Below are positions 22,200 through 34,539 of a stretch of DNA of 64,000 bases, piece after piece; the first letter of the stretch is position 1, and each line of letters starts with the position of its first letter. Below the pieces are notes generated by a model that was not told where the DNA came from, did not search any database, and was given only the letters and a program-made list of their open reading frames with translations. Source of the stretch: Sphyrna mokarran (lineage: Eukaryota); NCBI GenBank assembly GCA_024679065.1, contig JAGIQG010000040.1, positions 5,766,001 to 5,830,000 on the forward strand, given 5' to 3'. Both the position numbers and the translations under genes were made by a program.

Positions 22200-25100
22200 T
22201 TAACGACTTTGAGTAAAGGGATATTTCATCATATTCTTCAACTGCTGCCTGAACTTAGTCTGTGTGACCGCATAAATAAAAGTGTTTGTGCAGCAACTCA
22301 GGAGCTGCAACATGAATCCCAATGATTGAACAAAAACGGCACTGTATAGAGATGGATACCCTAACCAGAATATCTGGAAAGATAAAGTATCAATCATTAA
22401 CAGTGACCATAACAGGATGAAATTGGCTGAAATAACAAACAGTAAAATGATGGAGTTCCTTCGATTTTCCATTTCTGCGTCTCTGACACTCTCACCATTG
22501 CAGTGAGCCCGGAGTCTCCTGCGGGCTCTGCTCATCACTAAAATGTATCTGACGGTGAGAACATTGAGTAGCAGAATCAGAACAAATGGCATACATGGGG
22601 TTAGAATGTAATGGAGGAACACAATTGCTCCCCAGACTGGAGAAAACACGACATCAAATGAGTAAGTACAAAACCAAGGGTCGTTTATCAATGCATACTG
22701 ACGTGTTACCATAAAATACCAGAAAATATTCTTTAAACAGCTCAGTGCAGTCACTGTTCCTAGAACCACAGATGCTACTTTTTCGCTGCAATATTTATTT
22801 TTCAGCTTCTGGCAACAAATGGCCACAAATCGATCAAAGGTGAAAGTGACGGTGAACCAGACAGAACAATCAGTGGCTGCATAAAGCAGGACAGCGTGGA
22901 TATTACACACGGGGATCAATTTCAGGAAATGAAACAATTCATCAAAAACAATCGGAATGTGTCTCAATATCAGGTCGAGGATAATAACCAGCAGATCCGA
23001 CAATGACATGGCCACCAGGTAACGAGTGACACATCTGGAGAGACCACAGTTTTTGCGAATGAGGATCACAATGGTGACTAAGTTCACTGTGAGGAAGGGA
23101 AATAAACAATGGAATCACACATCATGCGTTTGCCAAAATGAACACTTTGACTGAGGAGTTATTGAGACATACTACTGCATACTGTAATGCATTAAAATAA
23201 TCAGACCTGACACAACAATGGGAAAGTCTGTGACACAATGTGAGGAATCATATCAAACTCAGGGTGTGCAGAAAAATGTGAGGCAGGAACAAGACAGGGA
23301 GCCAGAGGTGATGGAGAGCATCTAGGGTGACAGGGGATCCTGGTGATTGTGGTGGGATGCAGGGATGATGTAGAACTCAGGAGTGATGGGGCGTAGGGGT
23401 TATTGGAAGGAGCCACTGATGAGAGGCCTGTTGGGTCAGAGGAAAGATGTTGACAATTTATGCATTTTCCAAACGGTTTAAAACAATGTTAAATTATTTT
23501 GATTTGTACATGAAAGATACATCTGCATGGTGTGTTGCCTTCCCAGTGCCAGGGTCGAGCACGGCTGTGAATGGACAGAAAGAATTCTGAAGGGAGAAAG
23601 TGAACACCAATTTCTGAAGTACATATTTGTACTGATGACATAGGTAGACAGAGGCAGCAGCAGTTTAGGGTGTTCAGTAGTAAGTTAAAAAGCAGTACCT
23701 CTCGCGTTATAGTCTCAGGCGTACCCTCTGTACCACATGCCAGTGGGACTGAAAATAGGAAGATATCACAACTCAACAAGTGGCTGAACAGCTGCCATAA
23801 GATGTGGAGATGCATATATCCAGACCATTGGGATCAAGTAGGATGGGGTACATCTAAACCAGAAGGATATAAATATTCTGACTGGGAGGTTCGCTCGTGT
23901 CACACGGGAAGATTTAAACTAGTTTGGAGAGGAGTGGGAACAAAAGCAAAGTGAATTAACTGAACGGGAACCAGAGAGTAGGCCACTAAGACTGAGAGAA
24001 AGAGAGGTAGAATGTGGTTGCTAATGAATGAGAGTCTGGTAGATTGAAGTGCGTTTGTTTCAATGCGAGGAGTGTAACAGGTAAAGGAGAAGCTTACAAC
24101 TGTACGGCGGGATGACACTCAGAGTCTCGTACAGCGAGGCAATATGGATAGGGCTCAGGGATAGGAAGGGTGCAATCACAATGTTCGTGTTTGCTATAGG
24201 GGCGCTCAACATCCAGCGGGAAATAGAGGAACAAATATGCAGGTAGATTTTGACAAGGTTTAAAACTAATACGGTTGTTGTGGTGGGAGATTTTAACACA
24301 CCCTGTATCGACTAGTATTCATTTAGTGCTAAGGTTATGGTTGAGGCAGGGTTTGTAAGGAGCATTCAGGATGGTTTCTTAAAACGTATGTAGTTAGCTG
24401 AACTACTGAAGGAGCCGTACTGGATCTTGTATTGGAGAATAAGCCCAGGCAAGTAGTTGATGTTTCAGTCGGAGAGCAGTTCGAGAATAGTGACGACAAT
24501 TCAGTACGCTTTCAGGTACTGATGGATCAAGATCAGTGTCGTCCTCAAGTTGAGATGTTAAATTAGGAGAAGGCTAATTACAACAATATTGGGCTGGAAC
24601 TGAAAAATTTCAATTGGAGCCAGATATTTGAGGGAAAATCAATCCCTGGCATGTGGGAGGCTTTCAAATGTAAGTTGACAGGGATCAGGACTGGCATGTC
24701 CCTCAAAGGATGAATGATAAGAATAGCAAATTTTGGTGACTTTGGATAACCAGAGATATTGTGAGCGTAGTCAAAGAGAAAAAGCAAGAATTTGTCCACG
24801 ATAGGAGCCTGGGAACAAATGAAGAAAGTATGGAGTACCAGGAAAGTAGAAAGAAACTTAAGCAAGGAATAAAGAGGGCTAAAAAGGATCACAGCAAATC
24901 ATTGGCCAAAAGGATTAAGAAAAATCCCAGGTTTTTTATACATATATGAAGAGCAAGAGGGTAGAAATGGAAATGGTCGGCCCCCTCAAGGGTAGGGGAG
25001 GGAATCTATGTGTGGAGCCAGAGGAAATTCTGAGGTATTAAATGGGTACTTTGCATCAGCATTTACCAAAGAGAAATGGCTTGATGGATGATGAGTCTGG

Positions 25101-28100
25101 GAAAGGGTGTGCATATAGTTTGAGTTATTTTGAGATTAAAAAGGTGAAAGTATTGGTGTTGTTGATAAGCACTGAGGCAGCTAAGTTCCCAGGGCCTAAT
25201 CGGTCTGAATACTGAGAGAGGCAAGGAAGAAAATTGCTGGGACCATGACGGAAATCTTTGCATCCTCACTGGCTGCGAGGAGATCCCAGAGGATTGGAGA
25301 ATGGCCAATGTTTTTCCTTTCATTGAGAAAGGTAGCAAGAATAATCCAGATAATTGCAGGCCTATGAGCCTTGTGTCAATGCTCGGGAAATTATTGCAGA
25401 GGCTTTACTCCGGCATGGAAATAAATGGTCTTTTTAGCGATCCTTGAGAAATGCCATCTGTCACAGCCCCCTGTTCAGAAATGCGTCCTTCACTGCTACC
25501 CTCTGTCTTCTGTGACTGAGCCAGTTTTGCACCCAAAGCATCAGCGCTAGGACTTTTGCTGTTTGTATTATATGTAAATGATTTGGAGGAAAATTTAATT
25601 GGTTTGATAAGTAAGTTTGCAGATGATGCAAAGATTGGTAGATATGCAGGTAGTGATGGGAACCATCAGATGATACAGCAGGATATACATTGGTTGGAGA
25701 CTTGGGCGGAGAGATGGCAGACAGAGTTGAACTCAGAGAAATGTGAGGCGATGCATTTTGGCAGGTCTAATTTAGATAGGAAACATACTGTAAATGGCAG
25801 AACCCTTCATAGTATTGATAGGTCGAGGCATCTATGTGTACAAGTACACAGGTCGCTGAAAGTGGCAATGCAAGCACAAAAAAATAATCAAGAAGGCATA
25901 CGGCATGCTTGCCTTCATTGGCCGGGGCACTAAGTTTTAAAAATTGGCAAGTCGTGTTGCAGTTTTATAGAACTTTCATTAGACCGCACTTGGAATAGTG
26001 TTCAATTCCGGTCGCCATACTACCAAAAGGCTGTGGAGATTTTTGAGTTGGTACAGAGGAGATTTACCAGGAAGTTGTCTGGTATGGAGAGAATGAAAAG
26101 ATTTTGGAGAAACTCACTGAAACGACAGAAGTTGAGGGGTGACCTGAAACATGTCTACAAGATATGAGAGGCATGGACAGAGTGGATAGTCAGAAGCTTT
26201 ATCCCAGTATGGAAGAGACAATTATTACGGGGCATAGGTTTAAGATTCTGGGGGCAAGGCTTAACGGAAAGTATGAGGCACGTTTTCTACAGAGAAGGTG
26301 ATGGGAGCTTGGAACACGTTGCCGGAGAAATAGTGGAAACAAGTATGATAGCGGGTTATTTACTACAAAACGTGGAAAATGAAACAATCACTTAATCCTG
26401 AACCCCGCAGACATACACATAAGAAAAGATGATTTCCAGAAAATTAACGTGCACTTAAATTATTGGAAATGCAGAATAGAGAAGATCACGGGGTTATTGT
26501 TCAAAAAAATTCTAAGCGTCAAATTCACTGAAAAAAAATGGAGCAAATCCTGCTGGTGTTTTCAGTGGGAGTTTTAAATTGAACCGCCCACAATCTGTGC
26601 AGTGCAGAGAGCCCTTCACGCTGAAATCACTATTCCCACCAGAGGGCCGCCAGCATAACACTGAGTAGGCCAGTGCACATGCATCGATCTGTCAGTGCTG
26701 ATATCAGCTCGTGTGAAGTAGCCCGCACTGCCAGCTACTGCGATCGCTGGCCAGCTCGAAACTAAAAAATAGCAGTGCGGATGCTGAAAATTTAGAACGA
26801 AAAGAAAACATTTAGGAGAAACCCAGGAGCTCTTGCAGCATCTGTGCAGAGCGAAACTGAGTTAACGTTTCAAATCAGTCTGACCTTATGCTTCTAGGTG
26901 GGAGTGGTCATGGGTTTGAAAGGTACTGTGAAAAGATCTTTAGTGAATTGCTGCAATGCATCTTGTAGGTAGTACACGCGGTGGCTGCTGAGTTTCCCCT
27001 CTTTTACCCATGCTGTTACTTGTCTGTTCTTGCTTTCTTTTGTCTATGTGGAGGAGCTGCACATACGGAACGTACTGAATTAATTGCATTGTCTTCTTCC
27101 TGTCCTTTTCCATGTTTATATATGGGGAAAACCCCAAGCTGTACTGGATCTCAGGTTTGAGGGTGTGTTGTATTATTCATAAAAATGCCAAAATTCAATG
27201 AAAATATATTTAAAGAATAACATTGGAGGGGAGATCCCTCGCGTTGCTTAATCATGACCGACTGAGAGTGACGAACACAGGCGTCTAGTGGACTGGCACA
27301 GACAAAGTTACAAAGACGTGTCAGAGCTGTTAAAACATCTCCTCCAACATGGATACCACACCAGGGAGAGCGGGAAGTAAATATAAGAACTTCCCACATC
27401 ATTCTATTACTTCTGAGCTTCTTTAAGCTGGCAAATTTGACCATGTGGATGTGAATATCACAGACAGGTGGGAGAGCGGAATTCATTGCAAACAGGGAAT
27501 TGGACAAATCCTGAAGGGAGAGGATTTGCAGGAATCTGATGAATGGATTGGGAACTAGTTGCAGCAGTGAAACCAAGAATGAGAATATTCGCACGGAGAT
27601 GAGGAATTATTCAATGGATGTGCTGGACTGAGGCAGAAGTGGGCATGTTTGATATTATCGAGATGGTTGCAGACAGGACTTGGGATGGAGAGAATATGAC
27701 ATTGGAAATCCAGCCAAGGTCAAACGGAAATGTTAGGTTCTGAGTGGCCTCTGCTGGCAACCAGAGAGCGGCGTGGAGTCACGGGATTCGGAATGGAATG
27801 AGCGATTGGAGCTGAAGAAATCGAATTCATTTTATTCAAGGGCGTAAATAACCAGAAAAATAATTCAGTTCATCACAGTTTATGGAATAAATAGCTGGAT
27901 GGAAGAACTTACCAGGGACGCCAACAATAGCAAGGACAGGATAATATCCCTCTTGAATGCTTTTCAATATATCGTCGATCTGGTAATCCCATGGTCTCTG
28001 AACGTCAATGGACTCAACGATGTTCAAGAAATAATCTCCATCATCTGTTAGAAAATCCCAGTCTATTGCTCTCAGATTCTGATCCACAGTTGTAATATTC

Positions 28101-28129
28101 AAATTGCGTAAGCTTAGAGTCTGCGCCAT
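22200..28129 (-). CDS. GPR139-like class A GPCR, copy A (exon 1 28129-27913, exon 2 23086-22200; about 367 aa)
   Basis: Exon 1 MAQTLS...YYPVLAIVGVP with phase-1 donor GTAAGT joins acceptor cctcacAG to give VNLVTIVIL. 7 hydrophobic segments with YLVAMS.SDLLV, SVWFTV.FTFDRFVAIC and CTNTFIY, typical of the cartilaginous-fish GPR139-like expansion (not necessarily the GPR139 ortholog). Confidence 0.88.
23535..26358 (+). mobile_element. Degenerate near-full-length CR1 LINE in GPCR intron (ORF1 esterase, endonuclease and RT remnants), copy A
   Basis: CLPSARV..RILKGE..HICTDD (ORF1-like), VVVGDFN, LDLVL, YVNDL..SKFADD. The 3' tail is deleted in this copy. Confidence 0.8.
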
Positions 28130-29259
28130 TTTTCTAACATTATAATCTATTCTGAGATGCTAGTGTCTTCTCCCCCTCTCACCCGAGCTATGAGTTCCTG
28201 AGTTTGTGCTGCATTGAAAAGAATCCCTTATTAATAGCAGTGAGAAACCCTCCAGTGACACAGTTGGGATCCATGGAGGCTAACACTTATTACACTCACT
28301 GAACAAACAAGTTCAGTTAACTCGTTTCAATCCAAAACATTTTGCATCCAAATCAAGTCAAACATTTACTCGTATCTGTGGGATGTATGAGGTTGACTGA
28401 GGACAGGGAAGATGGAATTAGTAGATATGCTGATTATAATCTTTCAAAACTCCTTGGAAATGGGAGTGGTGCCAGGGCACAGGACAGTTTCAAAGAAAGG
28501 AGGAATGGATAAACCATAAAACAATAGATCAATCAATGTGAATTGAGCGGGTGAAAAGTGGTTTTTCAGTGTCAAATGTTGCCCCCGACCGCATGTTGCA
28601 GACTGACACATTCCAGAAGCCAGGATTACTTGCTGAGGGATGCAGTAAAGCAAGGGACAATCATCACATAAGAACAAAATGGGAAGGTTGCTGTGGAAGA
28701 CCTTTCAGCCATTGTGAATAGAAAGATAAGGAGTGTTATAGATCAACTCAGGCATTATGATCCACAGCGAATGCACACGGCTCATATTACATGTATCACA
28801 TTTGGACTGAAGCATCTCAGAATGCAACTCGGTCTGTGCAGACCACTTGAATATTTGTGTACTTTGTGTGATAGCCATTTTGTTCAGTATGTTTTTCAAT
28901 CTATTTTGCAAATGAAGAAATCTCGGCACGAGAAACAACTAAAAATAGAAGAGACAGAAACAGCCACCTTGCGGAAGGGGTGAAAAGTGGACTCAGAGGC
29001 CGTCATCATCATTTAGAGCCGAATGTAAAGAACAGAAGGATCTTTTTACCACTGATAACGACCATTTTGCAATGTCTGCGATGTTTTTTTTGACTATATT
29101 GAATCACCATAGAATGCAACACGATGTATGTAGAGAAACTGGACATACCTGTACTTTGTGGCCACTTGGAGATGCTTGTAATGCTCGACCAGGTATTTAA
29201 CAAATAAAGATTTTTTTGCAAAGAGCAAACGCAATTTTGGATCTGGAATGTCAGAGCCT

Positions 29260-30530
29260 TCGTGGAGAACCTCAACAGGGGCAGACTGTAATGGTGTAAT
29301 GGTATCAGTGGCTGAGAGCTCATGCATTTCAATATTGACGTTAGTGCCCTAAGTGAGACCCGGTGGGCAGGGCCAACTTCAAGAAAAAAGCTGACGGTTA
29401 CACTTTCCCCTGGAAAGATAAACCAGATGGAGATCGCTGACTCTATAGGGTTGGCTTTGGCATAAAATAAAACAAAGAAGCCTGCCACCTGAGAAACTCC
29501 CTTTGCTGGCTAAATTAATTCCTCATGAACATTTGGGTAAACGTAGCCCACAAGTAGTGCCCTGCTTCCAATGTTAAAGCAGTGCCTTTTGTGCTACACA
29601 GTCAAACATACCGTTTGTGATGAAAGAGAAGGAAATGAAAAGGAGAGAGCGCAGAATATACTGTTACAGTCATAGCTTGGTGAAAAGTTTAATATGAGAT
29701 AGGGCCATTCAAATGTCTGATGCAAACAGGGAAGAAGCTGTTCTTGAATCTTTTGGTACGTGTTTTCAGACTTTTGCATTTTTTCCCCAGATGGAAGAAG
29801 TTGGAACAGGGGATGTCTGGGATACATGGGGAACTTGATTATGCTGGGTGCTTTTCTGAGGCAGTGGGAAGTGTAGACGGAACCAATGTATGAGAGGCTG
29901 GTTTGTGTAATGGACTCGGTTACGTTCACAACCTCGTCCAATCGTGGTCAGAGCAGGAGATAGACCAAGCTGAGATAAATTCAATAAGATTGGTTTCTAT
30001 GGCGCATGTAAAAAAAAACTGGTGAGGGTTACAGTGGACAACTTGAATTTTTCAGCTCCCCGAGAAAGTGGAGACACTGGTGAGCTTTCCAAACTATCGC
30101 GCCAGCATGGAGGAACCAGGACTCATTGTTGCTGGTCAGAATATATGGAAAATTGAAGCCCTCGACAATCTCCACTTCATTATCATTGATGTCGCCAGGG
30201 AACAACGCTGCACAGGAAACAGACTCTTCAGCCCAACAAGCCCGCACCACCCATTTTATCATTGTGAGTGCCCTCTTCTACCTATGACCTTTGTCTACGC
30301 TCATTGGACTCCACAATAAAGGAACCATAACCAGATTGAGGAACGACTAATTTAGGGACAATTTGTTAACACCAGTTAAATGCAGGTGATGGCAGCAAAC
30401 TTTGTATATGGCCTTCCTTAACCCCACAAATTCCTTTGACACTTTTAACCGCCAGGGATTATGGAGAATTCTCCTCTATTTTGACTCTTTCAAAGATTTT
30501 ACCCCCACCTGCACCTGCTCCATGATAACA
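29260..30530. mobile_element. Old LINE debris: RTE-like endonuclease/RT pieces (+) interrupted by a Rex1-like fragment (about 29590-30200, -)
   Basis: NIDVSALSETRWAG..YTF..GVGF and LYMAF..SFDTFNRQGLWRIL (RTE-like); IGSVYTSHCLRKA.SIIK.P..P.H.LF.LLPSG (Rex1-like). Confidence 0.5.
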
Positions 30531-33204
30531 TGGAAAGTGTGGTCAATTACTTTTTCAGTGTTGCCTCCCGCACTGGGTGTTTTAACCCTTATACGGTGAA
30601 CAAATAACTATGAGTTGACATTTTGTTAGTCCAACCAATTTTTATTTAAACCCACAAAATCAATAATCACCCACCCGACCAACAATAAGTTACCTTACAG
30701 AAAATACTAGAATTCAAGTCCAATACAAAGACCTTGACTTAACTTTGTGTGACTGGCAAGTACTCAAGCAGATATTGGCATTTATCTGTGCGCTGGTCTT
30801 TGGTAGTCATCTGCGTAGTCTGGTCCTTTGGTCTATTCTGGCTCTGGTCTTCTTCCTTCCTTGTCGGGTATGGAGGCTCTCCTCTTGCTGGCTTTGTTCA
30901 TCATTATTGTAGCTCATTCGTGGGGTCAGACAGAGAGAAAGATTCCTTGTTGTGCAGTACCCTTTATACCCCGTTTGCTTTCACGCACTTTTTTGGCCAT
31001 TGCCAATCAATTTGATCAGGATTTGATCTCCCTTATCGATAAGACTCCAATCAGCTACTAACACACCAATCTCTGTGTGTGTCCCTAACGGCCATGCGTT
31101 TAGGCGCTGGAGGCACATAGGAGATATACCTCTCTCCTAAATAAGGAATCACGGTTTCCTTATGTCTGGTACAAAACTCAGTGTGACCGGAAAGTCTCTT
31201 TCATCCTGGAGATGACCCATATCCTGTTTACTCACTCGTCAGGGTTGCAGCCTGTTTGTCTCTGTCTTTAAACTGCAGCCTGTCAGTTTGGTTTCTTGCC
31301 CAATTATCCCAGAGTGCTTTACAAAACGCCATTTCAGATGACCTGTTTGGCTACATCAGTAAGCACAGGGAGGTGTTTGATGTTCAGAGGGGCACCCTGA
31401 AGCCATTCCTAGGAGTATTTGACTCTGTATTCTCAGCTATTGTTGTCCCCTTCCATTTTTAAAATAGTAAACGTATTTTATTTGTAAAGTTGAAATATTA
31501 TTGTATATAACTCTAGCATTATTCTTTATTATCGTGGCCTTCTCCCCATCTCTCTCTCTCACTAACGTTCACCCGCTCCCACTCCCCCACCTCTCTGTCT
31601 CTCTTTCTCTTCCCTATGTCTACTTGCCACACTATCGCTTCTGCTTCTCCCTTTATGCCCCTGTTCTCTCTTTTTTATGCCTCTGCCCTTCTCTACCCCT
31701 TTCTGCCCTCAGCAGCCTTCCCTATTCTCTCTCCCCCCTTTCTCGTTCTGTTCCTCTCGCTCTACCTCACTCTCTCCCCTTATTTCTCTCCCTCTCTCGG
31801 GGGTGTCTGATCCTATTGTTTTTTTTTGCGAGATATCTCGCCCTCCCTCTCTCTCACTGAGATTGATTCTGGAGCCTAATGATTTTCCTGTTTCTCCTTC
31901 TATCTCCTGTCCCATTTGACTTCAAATTGACAATGCAACACTTAACTGTTAACCCAGTTAATTATGTAGGTGCGGTTTGTGATCTCACCTCCCTTCGGTT
32001 ATCTCATGATGTCTCTGAAAACTCAATTCTTCAGGCCTCCCCCAGCAGTGTACTATGGGAATTGTAGAACCACTTACCAAGAGGATGATGTTTGGATGAT
32101 TGCTATCCAATCAGAGTGAAGTAGCGCGATAATGGGCAGCTGGAAGGGTGAATCGGAGAGGAAATTATCTCATTGTCATTGTATTCAAGTCAGAACAAGG
32201 TAATTGGATCTTGGATAGTTGACCCAGCCAGTCGGAGGGACCAATTGATGTAGTTTATATGGATTTTAGCAAAACTTCTGACAAGGATCTACATGGGAGA
32301 ACTGATTGACAGAATGAAACACGTAGAATTCGGAGGAATTTTGCAATGCAGATCCAAAACTGGCTTGATGCACTTTGGGAGAAATAACAAGACAAGGAAA
32401 TATTTAACGCATGCAGGAGACCATGAGTCTCAGCGAAACAGACGGTTCTTGGGGGAAATACTCATAAATCCTTGAAGGCAGCAGGGCAGGTGAATATCAT
32501 ATTTAGGAATGTATACAGACGCTTGTTTTTGACAGTTGTGGCATAGAGTAGAAGTAGAAGGATAATGTTGGAGCTGTACAGAACACTGGTTAAGCCACAG
32601 CAGGCGCACTGCGTATGGATCAGGTCATCTCACAGAAAGAAGGATGTGATTCCACTGATACAGTGGATATTCACCACACTTCTGCCTAGAATAGAACATT
32701 TGAGCAATAAAGGAGACTGGATAGGCTTAGATAGGCACAGAAGTGGCTGAGGAGACATGACTGAGGTGTATAAGATTATGAGGGGGATGGACAGGCTGAA
32801 TAGGAATCAGGTATTCCTTTTGCTCAAGGATCAATCACAAGGAGGTGTAGCGTTTGAGGTAGCGGCAGGACATTCAGAGAGGATTTGAAAAAAGTCTCAG
32901 CAAATAGTGAAAATCTGGAATGCATTGCCTGCAAAAGTAGGTGGAAACGTTATAAATTTTAACAAGTATGTGGATGAGAATTTGAAATATTATAACCTTC
33001 AAGGATGTGGGGCAAGTGCAAGAGCATTCAAGTAATGCGATTTGAGTGATAGTTATTGTGGGTGCAAATATGATGGACTGAAGAATCTTTTCTGCACTAT
33101 ACAACTTGATGAATCTATGGAGATCCTGTCGTGTTTGTACCTCCCTTTTCAGGAAATGTAAAGAAAAGAGAAATCTGGAAACTCCGAGAGGTTCAGTCTT
33201 TCTG

Positions 33205-34092
33205 TTAATGACTTTGAGTAAATGGGTATTTCATCACATTCTTCAGCTGCTCCCTGAACTTAGTCTGGGGTGACCGCATAAATAAAAGTGTTTGTGCTGC
33301 AGCTCAGGAGCTGCAACATGAATCCCAACTCTTGAACAAAAACCGCACTGTATAGAGATGGATACCCTAACCAGAATATTTGGAAAGATAAAGTATCGAT
33401 CATTATCGTTGACCATAACAGGATGAAATTGGCTGAAATAACAAACAGTAAAATGATGGAGTTCCTTCGACTTTCCATTTCTGGGTCTCTGACACTCTCA
33501 CCATTGCAGTGAGCCCGGAGCCTTCTGCGGGCTCTGCTCGTTACTAAAATGTATCTGACAGTGAGAAAATTGAGAAGAAGAATCAGAACAAATGGAATAC
33601 ATGGTGTTAGAATGTAATGGAGGAACACAATTGCTCCCCAGACTGGAGAAAGCAGGACATCATATGAATAATTACAAAACCAAGGGTCGTTCATCAATGC
33701 ATACTGACGTGTTACCATAAAATACCAGAAAATATTCTTTAAACAGCTCAGTGCAGTCACTGTTCCCAGAACCACAGATGCCACTTTCTCGCTGCAATAT
33801 TTATTTTTCAGCTTCTGGCAACAAATGGCCACAAATCGATCAAAGGTGAAAGTGACGGTGAACCAGACAGAACAATCAGTGGCTGCATAAAGCAGGACAG
33901 CGTGGATATTACACACGGGGATCAATTTCAGGAAATGGAACAATTCATTAAAAACAATCGGAATGTGTCTCAATATCAGGTCAAGGATAATAACCAGCAG
34001 ATCCGACAATGACATGGCCACCAGGTAACGACTGACACATCTGGAGAGACCACAGTTTTTGCGAATGAGGATCACAATGGTGACTAAGTTCA
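33205..34092 (-). pseudogene. GPR139-like exon 2, copy C; +1 frameshift after TM7, exon 1 not in the assembled sequence
   Basis: Paralog of 22200-23086. An extra base at about 33267-33270 gives YAVTPD* instead of YAVTQTKFR...; the ancestral-frame stop is at 33205-33207. Confidence 0.75.
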
Positions 34093-34539
34093 CTGTGAGG
34101 AAGGGAAATAAACAATGGAATCACACATCATGCGTTTGCCAAAATGAACACTTTGACTGAGGAGCTATTGAGACATACTACTGCATACCGTAATGCATTA
34201 AAATAATCAGACCTGACACAGCAATGGGAAAGTCTGTGACACAATGTGAGGAATCATATCAAACTCAGGGTGTGCAGAAAAATGTGAGGCAGGAACAAGA
34301 CAGGGAGCCAGAGGTGATGGAGAGCATCTAGGGTGACAGGGGATCATGGTGATTGTGGTGGGATGCAGGGATGATGTAGAACTCAGGAGTGATGGGGCAT
34401 AGGGGTTATTGGAAGGAGCCACTGATGAGAGGCCTGTTGGGTCAGAGGAAAGATGTTGACAATTTATGCATTTTCCAAACGGTTTAAAACAATGTTAAAT
34501 TATTTTGATTTGTACATGAAAGATACATCTGCATGGTAT

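Larger units (their letters stand above)
1..26393 (+). repeat. Left arm of large inverted duplication (mirror of about 37983-63416)
   Basis: Position 1 (gtacattggggagacc) is the reverse complement of sequence ending at 63416. ORF pairs mirror throughout, e.g. 2546-3064+/60361-60873-, 22200-23087-/41557-42444+, 25556-25933+/38711-39088-. The arm may extend beyond the left window edge. Confidence 0.95.

Noticed and set aside
3845-27760. Additional CTCF-like words at about 3850, 9134-9147, 26636-26650 and 27745-27758
   Set aside because: Partial matches without the upstream module or a consistent position; cannot be separated from chance without matrix scoring.
30560-31340. Possible solo LTR in the spacer
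   Set aside because: No TSD, partner LTR or internal domain could be identified.
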